From: an uncultured Verrucomicrobiae bacterium
Lineage (GTDB): Bacteria; Verrucomicrobiota; Verrucomicrobiia; Opitutales; JABDGR01
Length of the DNA stretch: 64,000 bases
Assembly (NCBI GenBank): GCA_963765205.1
Contig: CAVXVB010000009.1
Coordinates: 992,001 to 1,056,000 of the forward strand
Direction of reading: 5' to 3'
Below are positions 1 to 9,739 of the stretch, piece by piece. The notes under the pieces were generated by a model, which saw nothing but the letters and a program-made list of their open reading frames with translations, ran no database searches and was not told where the DNA came from. A program made the position numbers and the translations under genes. Position 1 is the stretch's first letter. Each line of letters opens with the position of its first letter.

Positions 1-1032
1 TCCACACTACAAATTTGCCAGCCGACTGCCACGGTTGACGACCAGTCAGCTTTGCTGGAAATGCTGCTGGCGCGCGGGACAGAGCAGGCGTCCCTGCATG
101 AACAAGCCGAAGCACTAACCCGCACGGAGTTTGGCAACCAGGTGTTTGTCCGCGGGGTGGTTGAAATTTCCAATTTTTGCCGACAGAACTGCCACTACTG
201 TGGAATGCGGCGCAGCCGGTCCGATCTGGAACGTTATCGTATCCCGCTGGATGTCCTGTGCGAAACCCTCATTAACCGCCGCCCGGCGTATGTGACTGAT
301 ATTAACCTGCAGGCCGGCGAGGATCCCAAGGCGGTGCGGGAAATTGTGCTGCCGCTGCTCAAGGAATTACGCCGGCACACCAAGCTGGGCCTCAGCGTCG
401 GGCTGGGGACGCTCGACGCTAAATTGTGCGACGAATTGCGCGAGGCCGGCGCCACTTTTTATATCATTAAATTTGAAACCGCCGATGAAGAAAGTTATCA
501 GCGTTTGGAAGCACCCGGCAAGCTGGCCGGCCGGCTGGATGCCATCCGTCGGCTGGCCGCCACCGGGTGGCGGGTTTCCTCCGGCTTCATTGCCGGGTTG
601 CCGGGCGAAACCGTGGAAAGTTTGGCGGCTTCCCTCAAGTTGATTTCCGAATTGCCGCTGGCTGGATCCAGCGTCAGCCCCTTTATTCCGGGGAGTCATA
701 CGCCGCTGGCCAAGGCGCCCGCCGGCGACCTCGAAACGGCCCTTAATTGCGTGGCCTTGTTGCGCCTGCGCAATCCGCGGCATATCATCCCCGCCGTCAG
801 TGCGTTCGGCAATGGCGACATCGCCGGCTATGTCAGGGCTTTACGCTCCGGCGCAAATTTAACCACGGTTAACCTGACACCCGATGAATGGCGCGGCAAA
901 TACCCGATCTATACCACCAAGCGCTGGATTCTCGACGAGGAAAGATTGACGCGGGCCATTGATTTAGCCGGACGCCAGCCTTTTGCCACCAGCCTGAGCG
1001 ACCACCTGGCCGAGAATTATTCCTGCGCTTGA
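1..1032 (+). CDS. Radical SAM protein, HydE/PylB/BioB-like (frame open to the window edge, probably 5'-truncated)
   Basis: CxxxCxxC motif in VFVRGVVEISNFCRQNCHYCGMRR; HydE-like C-terminal GANLTTVNLTP..WRGKYPIY; frame is stop-free from base 1. Confidence 0.8.
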   Translation, partial: STLQICQPTATVDDQSALLEMLLARGTEQASLHEQAEALTRTEFGNQVFVRGVVEISNFCRQNCHYCGMRRSRSDLERYRIPLDVLCETLINRRPAYVTDINLQAGEDPKAVREIVLPLLKELRRHTKLGLSVGLGTLDAKLCDELREAGATFYIIKFETADEESYQRLEAPGKLAGRLDAIRRLAATGWRVSSGFIAGLPGETVESLAASLKLISELPLAGSSVSPFIPGSHTPLAKAPAGDLETALNCVALLRLRNPRHIIPAVSAFGNGDIAGYVRALRSGANLTTVNLTPDEWRGKYPIYTTKRWILDEERLTRAIDLAGRQPFATSLSDHLAENYSCA

Positions 1033-1054
1033 ACTGCCCGCTGCGGCCCTGACT

Positions 1055-1160
1055 AAGGTCGCGTGCACCATCGCAGACCTCGCATATACCGAAAACATCG
1101 AAGCCCCGCACCTTCTGGAAGCCATCCAATACCGCAGCCTGGATGGGCATTGTTTTATAG
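1055..1160 (+). pseudogene. comM: 3' remnant of comM/yifB (Mg-chelatase-like ATPase)
   Basis: Translates as KVACTIADLAYTENIEAPHLLEAIQYRSLD, then ALFY in a shifted frame; matches the conserved ComM C-terminus (KVARTIADL...HLxEAIQYR); no start or upstream portion. Confidence 0.75.
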
Positions 1161-1497
1161 AGTCATTTGGGGCGACGGGGGGATTTGTCCCAGGGCTGCA
1201 CGACACCACAAAGAACATCTACTGCAAGCTCTCATACAGGCGATCAACACGCAGGTCTCGTGCCGCAGGTTGATTGTCCCATGTCATCTATCAGCAAGGT
1301 ATGGCGTTGACTCCGACGGCTTGAAAATCATCCTTCATGGCATGGCCATGCTCTTGAGTGGTTTGGCAAAGGCCGTTTCGGGCATGATTTCCCCCCCGTC
1401 GAATCTCAAACCCCAAATCATCCGGCAAAGTGCTGTTCTTCGCCTCGGCTTCCCGCCCCCGGAACATCGGCTATCGCTGAAGGCGCGAGCTTGGACG

Positions 1498-2124
1498 ATG
1501 TTACGAGTTGCTGCATGGCTGCTGCTGGGCGCCAAGGCCTGCTATGCGCATGACCCCTACGTTTCCACCACGGACATCTGGCTGCGCCCTGATAATTGCG
1601 AGGTTGATATCGTCCTGAACCAGACGCTCTACCGCCGGCTGCTGGAGAGCCCGCCAGCCCCCGCGCTGACGGACGACAATTTTGACAGCATATACCGCCC
1701 CCTGCTGGCGAACTGCGCCCCCTCCATGCTGGAAATCACCGTCGACGGCGCGAAGCTCGAACCTCTCGCCGTCGAAGTTTCCCTGCAAGGAGAAACCGAC
1801 CTGCAATTCACCTTCATCTATGAACGGCCGACCGGAACCAAGTTTCGTTTCACCGCTTTATTTGTCAAAAAAATGGACGTTGGATTTATGAACTCACTCG
1901 TCATGAACGAGGGCCGCAACTTCCTCGGCTATGGCGAACAGACTGCGGACAAGCTCGACTGGGAAATCAACCTCACGGAGGATGCCGGCCGGCGCGCTCC
2001 GTCCAATTCCCCGGTTCCCGCCCAACCCGGCTCCCACGCAGGCGGTTTCGGCTTCGCCTGCGCGACTCTCGCCATCGTCATTCTTTTCATGATAGCACTC
2101 CGGCGGCGAAAATCCCCCTCGTAA
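1498..2124 (+). CDS. Exported protein with signal peptide (..CYA/HDP) and C-terminal TM anchor plus basic tail
   Basis: MLRVAAWLLLGAKACYAHD signal-like N-terminus; C-terminal hydrophobic stretch followed by RRRK; start chosen at ATG 1498 rather than ORF-track 1063. Confidence 0.6.
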   Translation: MLRVAAWLLLGAKACYAHDPYVSTTDIWLRPDNCEVDIVLNQTLYRRLLESPPAPALTDDNFDSIYRPLLANCAPSMLEITVDGAKLEPLAVEVSLQGETDLQFTFIYERPTGTKFRFTALFVKKMDVGFMNSLVMNEGRNFLGYGEQTADKLDWEINLTEDAGRRAPSNSPVPAQPGSHAGGFGFACATLAIVILFMIALRRRKSPS

Positions 2125-2253
2125 ATTTTCCTAGCGCAGTCCTTGGCCCCATCTTCGCGGTTGTCCCGTTGGCCCAGGCCGGTTCTCGCATTTGACATGG
2201 AAGGCATTTTGAGGCACCTTCCCGGGAGGCACCCCCCTCTCATTACCCCGACC

Positions 2254-4641
2254 ATGCATACCCCGAAAACTTTTTTAAATTTAATTCCCTGGATTGGTTT
2301 GCCGCTGTCGCTGTTTGCGACGCAGCCGTTTCAGGAGATCACCACGCCGACGGTGGCCGACGCTGCAGCGGCATTCGCCCAACCACCGAAGGAATATGGC
2401 GCCATCCATTGGGCCATCTGGGGCGGTCTCCAGACCAAGGAACGCATCCTGGCGGACCTTGACAATATCTCCGCCAATGGCGGCGGGGCCTACATGATTG
2501 ACAACTCGCGCGGGGTGCAGCCTGACTATCTCTCGCCCGAATACCTGGATCTGGTCAAGTTCGTCGTCCAGGAATGCAAAAAACGCGGCCTGAAAGTGTG
2601 GATTGAAGGCGATTGTGGTTATCCTGACGGTTTCGCCGGGGGCTTGATCAGCAAGGATTATCCGCAATTGGGGATGCAGGGCATTGTCGGCGACGCCCGC
2701 ATCACCGTCGCCGCCGGGCAGACACTTGATATACCTTTGCCGCCGGACACGCTGGGCATAGTTGCCAATTCCCGTCCCGCCGCCGCCGCACCGGCCACCG
2801 GCCAAACTTTCCCGATTCCAGCCGACGGCAATTTCCAATACACCGTGCCCAGGGGTGGTGCGGGAACCTTGGTGGTCCAGTTGCCCACCGCCGAAGTGCG
2901 CTACACACTGACCGTGGGCGAGCCGTTTGCCATTCAAGTGCCAGCCGACACAAAAAGCATCACCTTGGTATTGGACGCCGGCGGTGGCGGCGGCGCGCGT
3001 GGCGGCCGTGGCGGCCGAGGAGCAGGCGCGGTTGCGCAAACACCAGCGCCCACGGTGGTGCCCATGCCGGCCGGTCGGCAACTCAAATGGACGGCCCCCG
3101 CCGGTGCCGGCTCTTGGGAGATCACGTTTATCCGGCACGCCTACCGCACGTCGCCCACGCGCAATGACGCCGGGTCGGACCGTGGCGCCAGCAAGGACGG
3201 ACTTTACACGCTGATTGACTACCTGGATCCCGCGGCCACCGACACCTACCTGAAAGTCATTTACGGCGCTTACGAACAGGCGGTCGGCGACGAGTTTGGC
3301 AAAACCGTCCTCGGCTTCCGCGCCGATGAGACCGATTTCACCAACGTCAATCCCTGGACGCCCAAGCTTTTGGCAACATTTCAGGCGATGAAGGGGTATG
3401 ATTTCCAGCCCTATATCCCGCTCATCTTTGGAGGAGGCCCGTTGCCGCCCGAGGCCCAACGTGTTAAGGCCGACTATTTTGACGTCTGGAGCACCATGTT
3501 CCGCGACAATTTTTACCAGCGCGTCTCCGCCTGGTGCACGTCGCGCAACATGGAGTTCATGCTCCACCTCAACCATGAGGAAAAAATGATGGGCCGGGGC
3601 GAAGGCATGATCAGCAACGAAGGCTCCTATTGGCGCGACATGCGCTACGTCGGGGTGCCGGGCATTGACAATCTTAATCAGATTGGCCCGGGCATCGTCG
3701 CCGATTTTCCGAAGATCGCCGCCTCCGCCGCGCACGTCAACGGGCATCCGCAAGCCTGGGAGGAAGAAGGCGGCGGCGTGGGACAAAACGGAAAGTTTAT
3801 CGCCGATTACCAACTTGTCCGCGGCGTGAACTACATGAATATCCGCGGCCTCAACACTGCCAACGGCGCGTCGATTGGCCCCTATGTCAGCCGCTCCCAA
3901 TACCTCCTGGCCATCGGCCGCCCCGCGGCGCAGGTCGCCTATTTTCACCCGACTGACAGCATGTGGATGGGCGACGAGGAGTCCGATGATGTGCTGGCCA
4001 GGCCCAAGGACAACCTCGTGACCCAGTTGCTTGAACACCAAATTGATTTTGACCACGTTGATTCCGACGCGCTGGCTGCCGTCCTCCAACTCAAGGATGG
4101 CGGCCTGGTCAATTTGAGCGGCCAGACCTACCGTGCAGTCATCTACCCAACCTCCACGGTTATCACCCAGGCGGTGCTCGACCGGCTGCGTGCGTTTGCC
4201 ACCGCCGGCGGCAAGGTCATTTTCGTCGGCCGCGCCCCCACCCTGGTGGTGGACAAGAATTTTCTCCATGCCGGAGGCCCGCCGGACTTGAGTTTTGCCA
4301 CGCTTGTTGAACCGTCACCGAACATCACCGACCGCGTCCTCGCCGCGCTGCCGCTGCCCGACGTAAAGCTCGACCAGTCCTGCCCGTCCGTCAAATACAT
4401 TCACCGCAGCCTGAAGGACGGCGAAGTTTATTTCTTCTTCAACGAATCTGACGACACCCAGGCACGCACAGTGACGCTCGCTGGCACGGGGCAGGTCACC
4501 GTCTGGGACGCTGCCTCAGGCACGATCCACCCGGTGGAGGGCGTGACGTCCACGGCCGGTCATGTCACCGTGCCGTTGACCCTCGCCGGCCAGGAAGCGC
4601 GCTTCATCGTTGTGGGGGCGCTTCCACCTGGAGTTCAATAA
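2254..4641 (+). CDS. Secreted glycoside hydrolase, GH106 (alpha-L-rhamnosidase)-like
   Basis: Signal peptide; motifs YLSPEYLDLVKFVVQECKKRGLKVWIEGDCGYPDGFAGG, DYLDPAAT, EFGKTVLGFRADE, PGID, YIHR..DGEVYFFFNE, WDAASG. Confidence 0.75.
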   Translation: MHTPKTFLNLIPWIGLPLSLFATQPFQEITTPTVADAAAAFAQPPKEYGAIHWAIWGGLQTKERILADLDNISANGGGAYMIDNSRGVQPDYLSPEYLDLVKFVVQECKKRGLKVWIEGDCGYPDGFAGGLISKDYPQLGMQGIVGDARITVAAGQTLDIPLPPDTLGIVANSRPAAAAPATGQTFPIPADGNFQYTVPRGGAGTLVVQLPTAEVRYTLTVGEPFAIQVPADTKSITLVLDAGGGGGARGGRGGRGAGAVAQTPAPTVVPMPAGRQLKWTAPAGAGSWEITFIRHAYRTSPTRNDAGSDRGASKDGLYTLIDYLDPAATDTYLKVIYGAYEQAVGDEFGKTVLGFRADETDFTNVNPWTPKLLATFQAMKGYDFQPYIPLIFGGGPLPPEAQRVKADYFDVWSTMFRDNFYQRVSAWCTSRNMEFMLHLNHEEKMMGRGEGMISNEGSYWRDMRYVGVPGIDNLNQIGPGIVADFPKIAASAAHVNGHPQAWEEEGGGVGQNGKFIADYQLVRGVNYMNIRGLNTANGASIGPYVSRSQYLLAIGRPAAQVAYFHPTDSMWMGDEESDDVLARPKDNLVTQLLEHQIDFDHVDSDALAAVLQLKDGGLVNLSGQTYRAVIYPTSTVITQAVLDRLRAFATAGGKVIFVGRAPTLVVDKNFLHAGGPPDLSFATLVEPSPNITDRVLAALPLPDVKLDQSCPSVKYIHRSLKDGEVYFFFNESDDTQARTVTLAGTGQVTVWDAASGTIHPVEGVTSTAGHVTVPLTLAGQEARFIVVGALPPGVQ

Positions 4642-5017
4642 AGTGCGGCCCTCCTCCAAGTCCCGGCAATCCCAAAAAAGCGATTTCATTTCAGTTAAAT
4701 CCTCGCCTTACCGGTAACGATAAAGCTTAACCCGCTGCATGGTGGGTCCATTGGCGGGCAAACGCACTCCCCGCTCTAAATTGGCCATCGGCTGCGGCGG
4801 CGGATAGCTCGTAGCGCAATTGCACTTCGTCGCCATAAGTGCGTGAAGAACGCCAAAGGTCGCGCGGCTAGGCTTTATGCAAAAAAATTGCGGCGGATTT
4901 TTTCCATGCCACGGTTGCGAGCATCCACCAAGATAATCCTCTCGATTCAAGATTTTTTGCGAATTAACCAGCAGTTATTCAATCACTTAGCATGGATAAG
5001 CCGATGGTTTACAAAAG

Positions 5018-5088
5018 TTGCCCGACATGGATTCGAACCATGACAAAGTGAACCAAAATCACTTGTGCTACCATTACACTATCGGGCA
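5018..5088 (-). tRNA. tRNA-Gln (anticodon UUG), CCA not encoded
   Basis: Reverse complement folds as cloverleaf: TGCCCGA/TCGGGCA acceptor, AGTGA-TT-TTG-GT-TCACT anticodon arm, GGTTCGAATCC T-arm. Confidence 0.95.
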
Positions 5089-5210
5089 GAAAGAGCAAAA
5101 GGGAGCGAGGCTAATCGAAGGCGGCGGGTTGGTCAAGCCCAGGACGATTTTCGGCCAAGTCGGTAATTCCGGTTGCTGCCCGCAGCCCCCTCGGTTACGG
5201 CTGAGGTGTT

Positions 5211-5843
5211 ATGAAGCCTAAAAACTTCATCTTGCTTATCCTTGCCGTCGCCATCGTGTGCGGCGTCCTTTGGTGGTTCACGCGCTCAACAATGCCAGTG
5301 CCGGGAAAAATTGCGGAAGTGCCGATGCCAACCAAGTCTGTAGCTCCCAAACAGGTTGCGCCACAGGCTATCGCCCCACCTATTGCGTCGCCCGCGCCGA
5401 AGCCCGACATGGCCACGGCGCAATCCGCCGCGACGCCATCCCCAGACCCCAATGCTAGTTCTATCGCCGAGTTGACAGCCGTAATCACTGACATTGCGCG
5501 TTTGTATCGGGAGGGCGATTTTGTGACATTAGAAAAGACTTATACACCACCGGACAAATTAGACCCCCAATACCTGCAAGAATTGCAAAATTCCCAGACA
5601 TATCTTCAAGGTAATCCTGATTTGTTGCGGATGATGTATGGGCCGCTGGCGCAGGCTTATGAGGATATGGAAACCCAGACTCCGAATTTTAATTCCGCTG
5701 GCGACGAAGCCACGTATATTATCACGCAGCAGCCGTTCCAGATGCGTGATGGCACCACGGCAGGCAAAGTGGATCAGTCGCAAATGACCTTTATAAAAAT
5801 CAATGGAAATTGGTATCGGAAGCGGGCAGAGACAGGAGACTAA
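5211..5843 (+). CDS. Hypothetical membrane-anchored exported protein
   Basis: N-terminal TM helix, Pro/Ala-rich linker, globular C-domain ending MTFIKINGNWY; lower GC than core genes. Confidence 0.65.
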   Translation: MKPKNFILLILAVAIVCGVLWWFTRSTMPVPGKIAEVPMPTKSVAPKQVAPQAIAPPIASPAPKPDMATAQSAATPSPDPNASSIAELTAVITDIARLYREGDFVTLEKTYTPPDKLDPQYLQELQNSQTYLQGNPDLLRMMYGPLAQAYEDMETQTPNFNSAGDEATYIITQQPFQMRDGTTAGKVDQSQMTFIKINGNWYRKRAETGD

Positions 5844-6013
5844 TCGAATTGAGTTTGTCATTCGGGTAATCTCTCAATTGTAAAAAATCCCGCCTCAAAT
5901 CAGGCAACTACCCGATTTTCGGCCTTGCGTCAGGGGGCGGCGACGGTTTCGCTTAGGGGCGTCGAATGCTCGATTCGACGGTCGGCCCCTGGCCGCCGCA
6001 TTTTGCTATTTGT

Positions 6014-6940
6014 ATGAGCGTACGGCTGGCCATTAAAGTGGATGTAGACACCGACCGCGGTACGCGGGAGGGCGCTCCGGCGTTGGCGGCGGCGTTGCGC
6101 GCGGCAGGCTGCCCGGCGACGTTTTTGTTCTCGCTGGGGCCGGACAACACGGGGAAGGCGGTGCGGCGGGTGTTTCGCCCCGGGTTTTTGAAAAAAATCG
6201 GGCGCACGAATGTCGCGGGCAATTACGGCTGGCGCACGTTGCTGAGCGGCACGCTGCTGCCCGCCTGGCGCATCGGCGAGCGCAATGCGGACACCATGCG
6301 CGCGGTGCGCGACCAAGGATTCGCGGTGGGCATCCATTGCTGGGACCATTTTGCGTGGCAGGATTATCTCGCGCGCTGGGACCTCGCGAAGACGCGCGCG
6401 GAATTTGGCCAGGCAGTGGCGGAGTTCGAGCGGATTTTCGGAGAAAAGCCGCGCATGGCGGGCGCGCCGGGCTGGCAGGCAAACGCTCGCAGCTTCCGCG
6501 TTTACGACGAGGCGGGTTTGCTCTACGGCAGTGACACACGCGGACCACACCCGTTTTTTCCGCGCGTTGGCAGCGAGGTTTTTAAGACTCTGCAAATCCC
6601 GACGACGCTGCCGACACTGGACGAATTGCTAGGGCGTCCGGAATTTCCGCTGGGAAAAATCGTCGCCCACTACCGCGAGTTGCTGACCGAGGCGCCGGAT
6701 GATTACCTGCATGTGCTGACCATCCACGCCGAATTGGAGGGCCAGCGGCATCTGGAATTATTCAAAGCTTTGCTGACCACGGCCAAGGGGGCGGGCGTCG
6801 AATGGGTGAAATTGGAGGAGCAGGCGGAATGCTTGCTGCGCAACCGCGCGGCCGTGCCGGCGTGCGACGTGGAGGCGCGGGAAATTGACGGACGCACAGG
6901 CACACTGGCCGTGCAGGGCGCGCCAGCGTTTTGCGGGTGA
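6014..6940 (+). CDS. arnD: 4-deoxy-4-formamido-L-arabinose-phosphoundecaprenol deformylase (polysaccharide deacetylase fold)
   Basis: KVDVDTDRGTREG, FLFSLGPDNTG, GIHCWDH..WQ, SDTRG, QIPTTLPTLDE and TIHAELEG are ArnD-type motifs. Confidence 0.85.
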   Translation: MSVRLAIKVDVDTDRGTREGAPALAAALRAAGCPATFLFSLGPDNTGKAVRRVFRPGFLKKIGRTNVAGNYGWRTLLSGTLLPAWRIGERNADTMRAVRDQGFAVGIHCWDHFAWQDYLARWDLAKTRAEFGQAVAEFERIFGEKPRMAGAPGWQANARSFRVYDEAGLLYGSDTRGPHPFFPRVGSEVFKTLQIPTTLPTLDELLGRPEFPLGKIVAHYRELLTEAPDDYLHVLTIHAELEGQRHLELFKALLTTAKGAGVEWVKLEEQAECLLRNRAAVPACDVEAREIDGRTGTLAVQGAPAFCG

Positions 6941-6955
6941 GAGAGAAAAGAGGGG

Positions 6956-6985
6956 TTCACCGCAAAGCCGCGAAGGACGCAAAAG
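6956..6985 (+). repeat. Nonamer-period intergenic repeat (CACCGCAAAGCCGCGAAGGACGCAAAAG family)
   Basis: Similar copies at about 15422, 16077 (inverted), 47416 and 60671 (inverted). Confidence 0.6.
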
Positions 6986-7019
6986 TAAGAAAGGGTCTTC
7001 GTCCGCGACACCTCGAAAG

Positions 7020-7664
7020 TTAAAACCACCCTAAAATGGTCTGGGCGGCGGTGCGGACGGGCCAGGGGTCGCGGAAGACTTGGGCTTCGCTGATGGCGCC
7101 GCAAAAGAGGAGGTAGGCGGCGAGGGCCAGGCGGTCCGCTTCCAGGCGGCCCGGCAGGGCGGCGCGGACGAGGTTGCGCATGTAATCACGCAAAAATGAT
7201 TTGTGTTGTTGGATAATGTCGCGGAGGGCCGCCGGGGGGTTGGGTTGCTCGGCGTTGGTGTTGAGGAAGGGGCACCCGCGGAACTCGTTGTTGCGCAGCC
7301 AGACTTCTAGCAGGTCGAATAGCACGGCGACGCGGCGGCGGGCGTCAGGCACGGGCGAGACGCGCTCATTGAGCCAACTGACCCAGGCCTCGTGCTGCTG
7401 GGCAAGCCAAGCCGCGCCGAGGGACTCCTTCGAGGGGTAGTGGGCGTAAAAGGTGGCTTTGGCGACACCGGCTTCGGCAATGATTTGGTTGATGCCGATG
7501 GCGTGGTAGCCATGCTCGTAGAAGAGGCGCGCCGCGGTGCGCAGAATGCGCGCGGCGGGGGGTAGCGAGGTGAGCGGGCCGGCGGCGTGGGCCGAGGAGG
7601 GCTGGGAGGGCGAGGAGGCGGGAGCCTCCACCCCGCTGGGCGAACGAAGAATAATGGGCCTCAT
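7020..7664 (-). CDS. TetR/AcrR family transcriptional regulator
   Basis: ARILRTAARLFYEHGYHAIGINQIIAEAGVAKATFYAHYPSKESL HTH; GCPFLN in C-domain. Confidence 0.93.
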   Translation of the reverse strand: MRPIILRSPSGVEAPASSPSQPSSAHAAGPLTSLPPAARILRTAARLFYEHGYHAIGINQIIAEAGVAKATFYAHYPSKESLGAAWLAQQHEAWVSWLNERVSPVPDARRRVAVLFDLLEVWLRNNEFRGCPFLNTNAEQPNPPAALRDIIQQHKSFLRDYMRNLVRAALPGRLEADRLALAAYLLFCGAISEAQVFRDPWPVRTAAQTILGWF

Positions 7665-7680
7665 GCTGCCAAGTGGTTAC

Positions 7681-7698
7681 AGACAGACATGTAGGTCT
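7681..7698. promoter_or_regulatory. Probable TetR autoregulatory operator
   Basis: Imperfect palindrome AGACAGACATGTAGGTCT 16 nt upstream of the TetR start codon. Confidence 0.5.
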
Positions 7699-7843
7699 AT
7701 TTTCGACCCGGGGCCAAGCCGTAAATTCGCGTGCGAGCGCATTATGCGCTTGCGCGCAGAGCGCAAAGTCGGCAGGTAAGTTATAGTTATTCTATCGGCA
7801 TCGCCCGTGGAGGTGAAGCCGCCGTTCCGTTGTTTGTTTTCCA

Positions 7844-8653
7844 ATGTCGCGCCCCCCCCACCCCGCCTTTTTCGCCTCGACCCGCGCCCGGATGTTTCCG
7901 CCGGCGCGCCGGGGTTTTACCTTGGTTGAATTGCTGACGGTGATTTGCATCATCGGCATTCTGGCCAGTATTCTGGTCCCGGTCGTCGGTGCGGTGCAGG
8001 TGTCCGCGCGCAAGGCCAAGAGCACGACCAATCTGGAATCCATCGGGCACGCTTTGGCGTTGTATGCGGAAGATGACAACAACAAGGGTTTGCTGCCCGC
8101 GCCGATTTACGGCCAATCCGACGTGCCGGGCAGTGCCCCGAATAGCGCCAACCCCCGCCAGGCGACCTGGCTGGAGGAAATTGTGGATTATCTCGATGGC
8201 CAGGTGCAGCATGTGGCCGGCTCGAACACCGTGACGGTCCTGGCGTGGCCGGGGGTGCTCACGGACCCGCAATATCAAGCCATCAACGGGGTGATCGCCA
8301 ATTCCGGCGAGGAGGCCGACAAACGCGGTTACGGCATGAACACGAGACCTTATATGGCCGCCCCGGCGGGGCCAAAGAATCCCTATCGCACGGATGATTT
8401 TTCCACCCAGCGGCAATTGCTTTCCAAGCTGCCACAACAAGCCAATAACATCATCGTGGGCACCAGCAACGATGTCATCATGACGCCGGGCGACGATGGC
8501 AAATTTGAACTGCAAGGCAGCATCTATACCAACGGCGACCCCAACCGTTACCAATCCCACGGCCTGTTTCTGATGGTGGACGGTAGCGTGGACGTGTTGA
8601 CGGCGCAAGAGGTGCAGTCGCGATTCACCCCGCCCTCGTCCGACAGCAATTAG
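7844..8653 (+). CDS. Prepilin-type N-terminal cleavage/methylation domain protein (PVC-type, C-terminal H-X9-DG-like motif)
   Basis: RRGFTLVELLTVICIIGILASIL; C-terminal HGLFLMVDGSV. Confidence 0.88.
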   Translation: MSRPPHPAFFASTRARMFPPARRGFTLVELLTVICIIGILASILVPVVGAVQVSARKAKSTTNLESIGHALALYAEDDNNKGLLPAPIYGQSDVPGSAPNSANPRQATWLEEIVDYLDGQVQHVAGSNTVTVLAWPGVLTDPQYQAINGVIANSGEEADKRGYGMNTRPYMAAPAGPKNPYRTDDFSTQRQLLSKLPQQANNIIVGTSNDVIMTPGDDGKFELQGSIYTNGDPNRYQSHGLFLMVDGSVDVLTAQEVQSRFTPPSSDSN

Positions 8654-8719
8654 GTCGGTGGTTTCATCGATTTCTTTGGTCGGAACCTGCTGGGTAAGGC
8701 CCCACTTCGCCGGAGTGCC

Positions 8720-9611
8720 TCAACCACCCAAGCGGGTCGCGCGGATCAATGCGGCAGGGCCCCAGGCTTGGCGGATGGCTTCCACAATGGCGGCGCGCGG
8801 GCTGGTGGGTTCCAGCAGTGCAAAACAGGCGCTGCCGCTGCCGCTCATCCGGCACCGGAGTTGGAAGCGTTCCCGCAATTCCTCGAGCGAACACCGGCAA
8901 GGCGGCAAATTTGGCAAAGGCGGGATATTCCAGGTTATTTTCCAGCGGCAGGGTCTCCCAAGTGGGCGCGGCAAGCCAAGAGGCGATTTTATTTTCCGCG
9001 GCGGCGGCGGGCAGATACCACTGAGCGCCCTGTTCGCGCAGCCGGCCATAAGCCCAGGCGGTGGATATGCCGAAAGGCGGCTTGAAGACGAGCAACTCGC
9101 GCCCGCGCAAGTCCGCCCGTGCAGTCTCCGAGATGATTTCGACTTTTTCTCCGCGACCGCGCATGATGACTGGAGCGTTTTCCAAAAAGAGTGGGACATC
9201 GGAGCCGGTCTCGGCGGCGCAGGCGCGCAAATCCTCCGGACTGAGGGGGTGCGCGGCGAGCTGGTTCAACCCGCGCAAGGCGGCGGCGGCGTCGCTGCTG
9301 CCTCCACCCAGCCCCGCACCGGCGGGGATTTCCTTGCGCAGGTGAAAATGGACGGGGGGCGTCGCGGCGTCCCCACGGCGGCGGAAGGCGGCGGCAGCCT
9401 TGAGCACAAGATTCGAGGCGTCGGCGGGCACCTCGGGGTCGGAACATTCGAGCGTGTCGGCGGTGGCGCCGGGGCGCGGATCGAGCGTCAGCGTGTCGCC
9501 CCATTGCAAGGGAGCGACGAGGCTGATCAGCTCGTGAAAGCCGTCGGGCCGCCGGCCAGTGACGGCTAGGAAGAGGTTGATTTTCGCGGGGGCGAAGAGA
9601 CTCAGCGCCAT
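8720..9611 (-). CDS. ispE: 4-diphosphocytidyl-2-C-methyl-D-erythritol kinase; apparent frameshift near 8888
   Basis: APAKINLFLAVTGRRPDGFHEL, KEIPAGAGLGGGSSDAA, GSDVP; C-terminal MSGSGSACF is in the adjacent frame ending at 8720. Confidence 0.92.
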
Positions 9612-9739
9612 GGGGCAAAGATAACGCGCCACCGGCTGATTGCACGGCAAAAGGCACTTTTGGGCATTTTCGTTCAAAAATCCTTCACCGGTATTTCTTT
9701 CAAGTGTGTTTGCGTCAACCTAACGCAATAATGGACGGC

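Noticed and set aside
1..1032. Pyrrolysine biosynthesis (pylB) or biotin synthase call
   Set aside because: No pylC/D/S/T or bio genes in view; motifs fit HydE-like proteins at least as well, so no symbol was assigned
1063..1497. N-terminal 145 aa of ORF 1063..2124
   Set aside because: Overlaps the comM remnant in another frame and looks non-coding; a signal peptide starts at ATG 1498
4642..5017. Island integrated at the tRNA-Gln or tRNA-Lys 3' end
   Set aside because: No duplicated tRNA 3' end and no integrase seen in the window; short ORFs here are unconvincing
8860..8900. Programmed frameshifting or true pseudogene status for ispE and the other broken genes
   Set aside because: No common slippery motif; breaks are scattered across unrelated genes, so sequencing error is more parsimonious
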